DNA of 13,176 nucleotides, from positions 1 through 13,176 of the forward strand of contig JAVKJW010000044.1 in NCBI GenBank assembly GCA_031458695.1, read 5' to 3'. The position numbers and the translations under genes were made by a program. Shown piece after piece: positions 1 through 6,347 of this stretch (position 1 is its first letter; the number at the start of each line of letters is the position of its first letter). Origin of the DNA: Candidatus Thermofontivivens primus. Its GTDB lineage: Bacteria > Sysuimicrobiota > Sysuimicrobiia > Sysuimicrobiales > Thermofontiviventaceae. A model generated the notes under the pieces. That model ran no database searches, had not been told where the DNA came from, and saw only the letters and a program-made list of their open reading frames with translations.

Positions 1-94
1 CCGCCAAGATCCCCGCCACACCAGTTGCTCCCACTGCGAAAAGGAGCCATTTGTGGAGGAGGTCACGAATTCCCGATTCTAAAGACTCTCTCAT
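1..94 (-). CDS. 5' end of a membrane-anchored protein directly downstream of subunit I (runs off the left edge); probably an oxidase/NOR accessory protein such as an SCO-like factor, not determinable
   Basis: Translated by hand: ATG at 94-92 overlaps the subunit I TGA (ATGA coupling) and the frame is open to the edge, MRESLESGIRDLLHKWLLFAVGATGVAGILA..., a hydrophobic N-terminal anchor. The function is inferred from context only. Confidence 0.65.
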   Translation of the reverse strand, partial: MRESLESGIRDLLHKWLLFAVGATGVAGILA

Positions 95-1797
95 CGCCCG
101 ATGGGCCAGGCCCGCGACAGATTCCAGAAGTTCCCCAGATAGAGGGCGAGAAAGAAGAGCCCGAAGATCAAGCACAAGGTGAACGTCCCCTTGAGGCTTG
201 GCAACGTCACACCAGCATGTCCCAGGCTAGCACCTGCGATGGGCTCTACGGGCAACCTGTACTGCATCCTGAGTTCTTCGTCTGTGAGCCTCTTCCCAAA
301 GAGCACTGAGCCCACGACAAGCAGGATAAAGAGCACCCCGCCGGCAATCGCCAGCAGGCCACCTATCCCTGCAATCCCGAGCAGCGTGAACACTTCGGCT
401 GGGTAGGAGAACCCCCAGGGGGAGCGACCAAAGGTGAAAATATCGGGATTCTTCCTGGGGAGGCCGTAGCGGACTCCCAGCTGCATCAATGCCAGGACAA
501 AGAGGCCCATCCCGATGCCATAGAGCCAAGGTTGCACCTTGACCAGATTCCCGCCAATCACCTTCCTCCGGAAGATCAGGGGCAGGACATACCAGGTCAG
601 GCCCATAAAGGCAAGGGTTGTTCCTGCGACGACCACACCGTGGAAATGACCCGTGATGGCGAGGGTATTATGCCACTTGAGGTTGAGCTGCTCGGTCCCT
701 GCGATGACCCCGCTTGTCCCGCCGAGGAATCCGAAGAGGATGAGGGAGAGGACGAGGCTCGAGAACGAAGGATTCCCCCACGGAGCCTTCGCAAGCCACT
801 CAAACAGCCCCCTGGTGTATCCCCTGATCCGCTGGGCAAGCTCCACGCTCCCCGGGACGGCGAAGGCGTGGATCATACTCCCGAGAACCGCCAGGTGCAT
901 GAGGTAGCCGGTATTGATCCATTTCCAGCCTATCGAGAGCGCTCCGCTTGGTTCCGACTGAAGGTGATGAGCGGAACCGAGATTGATGGCGATGAGATAG
1001 AGGGCGAAGGCAAATCGGGAAACCTTCTCGCTGGGCGTCCTCCCCCCTACCGTGAGAAAGGAGAGCAGATACCACACCGAGATCGTGGCCGCGAGGTTGA
1101 TCTGCTGGGAAGGATGACCATAGCCCCAGTAGGCGAGCTTCCAGACAAACGGGTCGATGGCCCGGAGGATCCCCATGGACCAAAGGAACGCGGGAACGTA
1201 CACCAGAGCACCCACGAGAAGAGTCGCCACAGCCAGGACAGCAGCTACGAACGCACCATAGACAACAAGGGGCAGAGACCCCTCATAGGCCTTCTCTTTC
1301 CTGGCAAGATACACTGTGGCAAAGAAGATCGCCACAGCGATGAGCGCGCCAACCGCGTACAGAATCGTCCCAAGGTAGAAATCCGGCGTCCCCCGGAGGG
1401 GAGGGTAAGGCTGGAACGAGAGGGAATTGGCAGGGGAACGGAGGATGGCATAATCCACCATTGCAGCTCCCACCACCATCAGCCCGAAGGCAATCCAGGC
1501 CAGAGTGGGCGCAGCCAGCCTTGTGTTCAGCATCACTGAGCCGGCGAAGTAGAGGATCGCTACCTCGAAGAGGATGATCCAGAAGATGAGCATGTTCCAC
1601 CCATGGAGGGCCACAAACAGGTAAAAGGTCCGCGGCGGGAACGCTCCCAGCCAGCGGGTGAGCAGGATGACGAGGGCGGAAACGCCTCCAATGAGAAGGG
1701 CTACGACCGCTGCAACAGCGTTCGCCTTGATCAGGGCCTCCGTCTGTCCATAGACCTTAAACCCCGTGACGGGACAGGACCGATAGACCTCAGCCAT
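91..1797 (-). CDS. Heme-copper oxidoreductase subunit I, eNOR-type (putative nitric oxide reductase; B-family derived)
   Basis: 568 aa, highly hydrophobic. Six conserved His: H65 (LHGWN), H228 (WGYGHPSQQIN), H277/H278 (SAHH), H384/H386 (TGHFH); also WHNT and GLPRK. Position H+4 is Gln232, not Tyr. GAGGTGA RBS-like sequence just upstream of the ATG. Confidence 0.9.
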   Translation of the reverse strand: MAEVYRSCPVTGFKVYGQTEALIKANAVAAVVALLIGGVSALVILLTRWLGAFPPRTFYLFVALHGWNMLIFWIILFEVAILYFAGSVMLNTRLAAPTLAWIAFGLMVVGAAMVDYAILRSPANSLSFQPYPPLRGTPDFYLGTILYAVGALIAVAIFFATVYLARKEKAYEGSLPLVVYGAFVAAVLAVATLLVGALVYVPAFLWSMGILRAIDPFVWKLAYWGYGHPSQQINLAATISVWYLLSFLTVGGRTPSEKVSRFAFALYLIAINLGSAHHLQSEPSGALSIGWKWINTGYLMHLAVLGSMIHAFAVPGSVELAQRIRGYTRGLFEWLAKAPWGNPSFSSLVLSLILFGFLGGTSGVIAGTEQLNLKWHNTLAITGHFHGVVVAGTTLAFMGLTWYVLPLIFRRKVIGGNLVKVQPWLYGIGMGLFVLALMQLGVRYGLPRKNPDIFTFGRSPWGFSYPAEVFTLLGIAGIGGLLAIAGGVLFILLVVGSVLFGKRLTDEELRMQYRLPVEPIAGASLGHAGVTLPSLKGTFTLCLIFGLFFLALYLGNFWNLSRAWPIGR

Positions 1798-1800
1798 GGC

Positions 1801-2337
1801 TCACCTCTCCACCACGATGATTTTGCCAACCATCATCTCATGGCCGATCCCGCAATACTCGTTGCAGACAACATTGTAGACACCCGGTGCATTCGGTCGG
1901 AAAGAGAAAACCCACTCGTACCCTGGATAGAGCTGGATGTTCCATTGGTGCGGGTTCGAGATGGAGAAACCGTGGAGGTAGTCCAAGGCAGCGATGTGGA
2001 GAGTGTACTGCTCTCCCACCTTGAGGCGCAGGATCGGGTAGAAAGCGAACCGTGTAGCGTACATATACGCATCCCCCCCAGCGGGAGGCTCCACAACCGG
2101 TCTGCCGTTCTCCTCCCCGACCTTGTATCGCTCGACGAACTGGTCAACCTCGGCCTTAAAAGCGGCAGGATCTACCCGGTATGCTTTCCCCGTGGAGTTC
2201 TGTTGGCCAATGGCATGCCAGATGAGCATCCACGCAGAGAAGAATACGACCACTAGGAGAAAAGCCAGGAACAACCAGATCTTCTCCAGGGGTTCGACTT
2301 TTTCGTGCCACCAGTACCGTTCCGGAACGGTTGCCAT
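1801..2337 (-). CDS. Heme-copper oxidoreductase subunit II with CuA centre (single-TM, CbaB-like)
   Basis: One N-terminal TM helix preceded by LEKIW; cupredoxin domain with H122 (LHGFS) and C158-N-E-Y-C162-G-I-G-H166-E-M-M169, a complete CuA motif; AGGAGG RBS upstream. Confidence 0.95.
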   Translation of the reverse strand: MATVPERYWWHEKVEPLEKIWLFLAFLLVVVFFSAWMLIWHAIGQQNSTGKAYRVDPAAFKAEVDQFVERYKVGEENGRPVVEPPAGGDAYMYATRFAFYPILRLKVGEQYTLHIAALDYLHGFSISNPHQWNIQLYPGYEWVFSFRPNAPGVYNVVCNEYCGIGHEMMVGKIIVVER

Positions 2338-2349
2338 TCTCCATCCCTC

Positions 2350-2484
2350 CTACCTGGCCGGGATCCGGAAGATATCGAGCACACCCCAGATCAGGTACAC
2401 CACAAAGAAGATCAGGTTGCTCAAGAGAAGCCACAGCCAAATGTGATTGTGTAACCTCTGCAAGAATGGCTCACGTTCCTGCAT
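2350..2484 (-). CDS. Small single-TM subunit (subunit IIa-like) of the heme-copper enzyme, 44 aa; missing from the ORF track
   Basis: Translated by hand: MQEREPFLQRLHNHIWLWLLLSNLIFFVVYLIWGVLDIFRIPAR*. Preceded by GGAGGT; its TAG stop overlaps the AGGAGG RBS of subunit II; one hydrophobic helix. Confidence 0.85.
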   Translation of the reverse strand: MQEREPFLQRLHNHIWLWLLLSNLIFFVVYLIWGVLDIFRIPAR

Positions 2485-2708
2485 GGACTCTCCACCTCCC
2501 CGTGCTCACTGCCTGTGCACGCGCTTGCTCCCGTCGACAGATCTGGATTTCTGAGAGAGGCCCCGGCAAAAGTCAAATGGAGGAATGATCGCAGTTGTGG
2601 AGAATGCGGGGATTTCGCCAGGCCAGCAACCTTTGCGGACCGGACAGGGCGACGGATTCACTGAAGGCGTCTATCTGCCCTAGAAGCATCACAGCAACCG
2701 CCAAGGCC

Positions 2709-2735
2709 TCTAAAAGATTGAAAAGATCTTTTAGA
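2709..2735. promoter_or_regulatory. Perfect 10-7-10 inverted repeat (TCTAAAAGAT-tgaaaag-ATCTTTTAGA), candidate operator of the eNOR operon
   Basis: Read directly. AT-rich palindrome lying just downstream of the putative promoter at 2746-2774; contains an overlapping 12-bp palindrome AAAAGATCTTTT (2721-2732). Confidence 0.55.
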
Positions 2736-2745
2736 TCCTACCAAT

Positions 2746-2774
2746 ATCTTGAAAGAGGAAGGCGGATTTGTCAA
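2746..2774 (-). promoter_or_regulatory. Putative sigma70-type promoter for the eNOR operon
   Basis: Minus strand TTGACA (2774-2769), 17 bp, CAAGAT (2751-2746): perfect -35, weak -10. Confidence 0.45.
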
Positions 2775-2855
2775 GGGAAATTTTCCCCTCGAGTCTTAAG
2801 TGACCTCCGAGATCAGCAGCAGGACCCTCGAGCGAGCGAGGCCATGGTGGGGATG

Positions 2856-5069
2856 TCAAGAGGATGGGCCACGTTTGCCCCACCGGTAGCGGAGGAGTCG
2901 GGAGGAATTGAGAAGGATCCCGATGTCTGGAATGGATTGAGCAGCTGCCGCGAAGACGAGAGGGAGGTATCCAAAAGCAGCAAGGGAGAGCCCCAGCATG
3001 TTGTACACCGCAGTGAAGGCAATGTTCATTCCCACCACACGCATGGTGCGGCGGGCAATCTGGAAGACTTCAGGAACTAGCGTCCAATCATCCCGCATCA
3101 GAACGATAGGCGCTGCCTCGATAGCCACATCAGTTCCTCCGCCCATGGCGATCCCAACATCGGCCTGGGACAAGGCAGGTGCGTCGTTGATCCCGTCCCC
3201 AATCATCACCACCGTTTGCCCCTTCGCCTGGTATTCTTTGACGATGGCGATCTTATCCTCAGGGAGGAGGTTCCCACGGAATCGGACACCCAGGGAGTTG
3301 GCAATGGACGCAGCCACACGCTCGTTGTCCCCCGTGAGGAGTTCGATGTGGCGCAGGCCAAGCTCACGAATGGCCTCTATCGCCCGGGGGACTTCAGGGC
3401 GGATCGTGTCGGCTGCAGCCAGGATCCCTATGAGCTCCCCATCCCTGGTCACATAGAGCAAGGTCTTGCCTTGGGACTCAAGGGACTCCACGATGCGTGT
3501 AACTGGAGCTCCCGCAAAATCGGCACGTTCATCCTCACCCCCGTCCTTTTGCCCTTCCACAGGAGGCGAGGAAGTGGTCGGGGGCTCTCCTTTCAGCAGG
3601 AAGGAAGACGGCGCAACCATCCTGCGGCTACCGACAGTGATGACATGACCATCCACCCGGGCACGCACTCCAAACCCTGGAAAGGACTCGAAGGTCTCTG
3701 GGTCCAGAAGCGGGAGCTTCCTCGCCCTGGCAGCCCTGCGTACCGCCTCCGCCAGAGGGTGCTCTGAGTAACGCTCAGCGGAAGCAGCAAGGGCGAGCAC
3801 CTCGTCCTCGGAGGACGCATTCACGCGGACGATCTCCGTGATCTCTGGCCGGCCAAGGGTCAGCGTCCCAGTTTTATCGACCAGGAGGGTATCAGCACGG
3901 ACCAAGGATTCCAGGTATCTCCCGCCTTTGATGAGAATGCCGCGTCGCGCGCTCGCGCCAATGGATGCAAGCATGGCAATGGGGGTTGCCAGGGCAAAGG
4001 AGCAGGAGCATGCGACAACCAGCACTGCAGCAGCCGCTAACGGGTCTCGACGGATCAGGAAGGTGAGAAATGAAATGCCGGCCACCACAGGCAAATAATA
4101 AGCGGAGAACTTATCGGCGATCCGCTGTACCTCCGCACGGTGTGCTTCTGCTTCCTCAACCATCTTGATAACGCGTCCGAACGTCGTGTCTTGTCCCACA
4201 CGGGTGGTCCGAATCTGGAGACTTCCCAGACGAACGAGGGTAGCTGCAAACACCTTCGCTCCAGGTCCTACCTCTACGGGCATGGACTCCCCCGTAATGG
4301 CGGACTGGTCAACCGTGGCATGGCCGCCCGTGACCTCCCCGTCTACGGGAATCTTCTCCCCTGGCCGGACGATCACCGTGTCTCCCACAGACACCTCGGA
4401 GATGGGGACCTCCTTCTCTGTGCCCTCATAGAGGACGCGGGCTACTTGCGGCGCAAGGGAGGTAAGCTCTTTCACCGCACGGCGGGCACGTTCTGCAGTG
4501 AACTTCTCAACATACTCCCCTACGTGCATAAAGAACACCACCACTGCAGCTGCCGCCCATTCCCCTACCGCTACCGCAGCGAGCGCCCCCACGCTCATCA
4601 AGGTATGCGCCAGGATCTGTCCGCGGAGGGCAGCCCGGAGAACCTTCCAGAACACCGGGTATCCTCCAAGAAGAACGATGGCAAACCCTGCTGGCCATGG
4701 GATCCTTTCGGTGACCGCCGCAAGGAGACCTAACCATTCCCCGACCACCACAATGAACAGCACGGCTCCGAAGACCATCCCCAGCAGGGTGAAGATGGAT
4801 CTCACAAAACTGGTAGCATCCAGGCGCGACGAGGGCTCCTGGCTATCCACCCCCTCAGGGACTCTGTACCCCGCCTGCTCCACAGCCCTTCGGATCGCCG
4901 GAAGATCCACAAGCTCCGGGTCAACCTCAAGGACGGCCTTCTGGGAGGAAAGGAAAACCTCCACCGACTTCACCCCGGCAAGTTCTGCAAGAGCCCTCCT
5001 CACGTGTAGAGTGCACTCTCTACAATCCATCCCTTCGATGGGAACCTCCAAAATCCGCCTCGCAGCCAT
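2856..5069 (-). CDS. Heavy-metal-translocating P1B-type ATPase with N-terminal HMA domain and CSC intramembrane motif
   Basis: GMDCREC metal-binding domain, TGES, ACSCSFALATP, DKTGTLT, SEHPL, TGDN, GDGINDAPAL; YN and QSIPD in the C-terminal helices. Start placed at ATG 5069 behind GGAGG rather than TTG 5093. Confidence 0.95.
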   Translation of the reverse strand: MAARRILEVPIEGMDCRECTLHVRRALAELAGVKSVEVFLSSQKAVLEVDPELVDLPAIRRAVEQAGYRVPEGVDSQEPSSRLDATSFVRSIFTLLGMVFGAVLFIVVVGEWLGLLAAVTERIPWPAGFAIVLLGGYPVFWKVLRAALRGQILAHTLMSVGALAAVAVGEWAAAAVVVFFMHVGEYVEKFTAERARRAVKELTSLAPQVARVLYEGTEKEVPISEVSVGDTVIVRPGEKIPVDGEVTGGHATVDQSAITGESMPVEVGPGAKVFAATLVRLGSLQIRTTRVGQDTTFGRVIKMVEEAEAHRAEVQRIADKFSAYYLPVVAGISFLTFLIRRDPLAAAAVLVVACSCSFALATPIAMLASIGASARRGILIKGGRYLESLVRADTLLVDKTGTLTLGRPEITEIVRVNASSEDEVLALAASAERYSEHPLAEAVRRAARARKLPLLDPETFESFPGFGVRARVDGHVITVGSRRMVAPSSFLLKGEPPTTSSPPVEGQKDGGEDERADFAGAPVTRIVESLESQGKTLLYVTRDGELIGILAAADTIRPEVPRAIEAIRELGLRHIELLTGDNERVAASIANSLGVRFRGNLLPEDKIAIVKEYQAKGQTVVMIGDGINDAPALSQADVGIAMGGGTDVAIEAAPIVLMRDDWTLVPEVFQIARRTMRVVGMNIAFTAVYNMLGLSLAAFGYLPLVFAAAAQSIPDIGILLNSSRLLRYRWGKRGPSS

Positions 5070-5111
5070 TTCCCCCCTCCGCCAAAAATTCAAGACGCCT
5101 TTGCTGAAAGA

Positions 5112-5447
5112 TTATGAGACATTGTACCGGGTACACTCGTAGACACCCTTTGCCACCTCCGCCAGGAGTTCATCGGCAAGATGGAGGAGCCTCCTGACCC
5201 GCGGGTCGCTCAGCTGATAGAATACGTATCGCCCCTGCTGCCTACGGGAGACTAGCCCACAGTCTCGCAAGCATCCGAGATGGTTGGAGACATTGGACTG
5301 ACTGAGTCCTGTTGCTTCCACGATCTCTGTAACTGTCAGAGGTCCATCCCGCAATGCCTCAAGGATGGAGAGACGGGAGGGGTCAGAAAATCCGCGGAAA
5401 AGCTTAGCTTTCAGACCAATGGCCTGTTCTTTCGCAGTCATCAGCAT
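5112..5447 (-). CDS. ArsR/SmtB-family metal-sensing repressor, CmtR-like (alpha4C Cys site)
   Basis: Winged HTH (FSDPSRLSILEAL...LSQSNVSNHL), SNHLGCLRDCGLV with a CxxxC pair in helix 4 plus a C-terminal Cys (YECTRY). Start placed at ATG 5447, 8 nt after GGAGG. Confidence 0.92.
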   Translation of the reverse strand: MLMTAKEQAIGLKAKLFRGFSDPSRLSILEALRDGPLTVTEIVEATGLSQSNVSNHLGCLRDCGLVSRRQQGRYVFYQLSDPRVRRLLHLADELLAEVAKGVYECTRYNVS

Positions 5448-5471
5448 AAGCAGAGCCTCCAAAGATCATCG

Positions 5472-5489
5472 TATCATTAACTAATGATA
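5472..5489. promoter_or_regulatory. ArsR-type operator, perfect 8-2-8 palindrome TATCATTA-AC-TAATGATA
   Basis: Read directly. It overlaps the -10 element of the promoter upstream of the ArsR gene, the usual position for ArsR/SmtB autorepression. Confidence 0.8.
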
Positions 5490-5512
5490 TATTTCGGCTC
5501 CACAAATGTCAA
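5484..5512 (-). promoter_or_regulatory. Sigma70-type promoter of the ArsR/P1B-ATPase operon
   Basis: Minus strand TTGACA (5512-5507), 17 bp, TATCAT (5489-5484). Confidence 0.8.
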
Positions 5513-5561
5513 GGGTAAAGGTTATAGGCAAGAAGGGAAGAAAGCTTTGGGGGCAGTGCTT

Positions 5562-6347
5562 TCAGCGGGTGACGTCTGCGACCGCCTTGCTTGTCCCGAG
5601 GTATGCCTCGATCACCCGCGGGTTGTTCTGGATCTCCTGGGGGGTTCCCTCTGCGATCTTCTCTCCGTAATCGAGCACGGTGACGCGCTCTGAGATCCCC
5701 ATCACCGCGCGCATCTGATGCTCAATGAGGATAATGGTGATCCCTAGTTCATCACGGAGTCGGCGAATCAGGCTCATCATCTCCATGGTCTCCCGGGGGT
5801 TCATCCCGGCCATGGGCTCATCCAGGAGGAGCAGTTTAGGGGAGCTGGCGAGGGCACGCGCCACCTCCAGTCGGCGCTGATCCCCATAGGGCAGGTTCCT
5901 CGCAAGGAAGTCTCCCTTTCCCTTCAGGCCAACAAAGTGGAGGATCTCCTGGGCTCGCTTGACCGCTTGTTTCTCTTCCTCCTGGGTATACGGTGTGTTC
6001 AGAACTGCACCGACCCAGGTCGACTTAAGCCGGGGGTGCATCCCGACGAGAACGTTCTCCAGAGCGGTCATGTTGGCGAACAGGCGAATGTTCTGGTACG
6101 TCCGGGCGATGCCCAGCCGGTTGATCTGATCTGGAGTCAGGCCGTTGATGGGAACCCCTTGAAAGATGATCTCTCCCTCTTCTGGCTTATAAAACCCTGT
6201 TACGCAGTTAAAGAAGGTGGTTTTCCCCGAACCGTTGGGCCCAATGATGCTGTGGATCGCCCGCTCCTCCACTTCCAGGCTGAGTCGGTTCAGGGCGACG
6301 AGCCCTCCAAAGCGTTTGGTCAGGTTCTGCACCGTCAAGATGGCCAT
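5562..6347 (-). CDS. livG: Branched-chain amino acid (HAAT) ABC transporter ATP-binding protein, LivG type
   Basis: FGGLVAL, Walker A GPNGSGKT, RTYQNIRLF, NLPYGDQRRLE, LLLDEP, IEH, C-terminal VIEAYLG. TAATG overlap with the upstream permease. Confidence 0.93.
   Translation of the reverse strand: MAILTVQNLTKRFGGLVALNRLSLEVEERAIHSIIGPNGSGKTTFFNCVTGFYKPEEGEIIFQGVPINGLTPDQINRLGIARTYQNIRLFANMTALENVLVGMHPRLKSTWVGAVLNTPYTQEEEKQAVKRAQEILHFVGLKGKGDFLARNLPYGDQRRLEVARALASSPKLLLLDEPMAGMNPRETMEMMSLIRRLRDELGITIILIEHQMRAVMGISERVTVLDYGEKIAEGTPQEIQNNPRVIEAYLGTSKAVADVTR

Noticed and set aside
532..1539. Long plus-strand ORFs (e.g. 532-1539, 1603-2256, 4498-5142, 7391-8353, 8830-9633, 11530-12240)
   Set aside because: All lie antisense to well-supported minus-strand genes and have no recognisable motifs; typical shadow ORFs of GC-rich coding DNA.
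91..1797. Calling subunit I a ba3/aa3 oxygen reductase (cbaA/coxA) or a cNOR/qNOR NorB
   Set aside because: No Tyr at His+4 (needed in A/B-family O2 reductases), no Glu at that position, and the partner is a CuA subunit rather than NorC.
2156..2440. 94-aa minus-strand ORF in the track upstream of and overlapping subunit II
   Set aside because: It overlaps subunit II out of frame. The 44-aa ORF at 2350-2484 has the RBS, hydrophobic profile and operon fit.
2605..2621. Possible sigma54 promoter on the minus strand (CTGGCGAAATCCCCGCA; GG-N10-GC spacing)
   Set aside because: It lacks the conserved AC after TGGC and the TT before GC; such matches are common by chance in GC-rich DNA.
2485..2855. 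FNR/DNR/NnrR box upstream of the eNOR operon
   Set aside because: I found no TTGAT-N4-ATCAA-like dyad on reading the interval.
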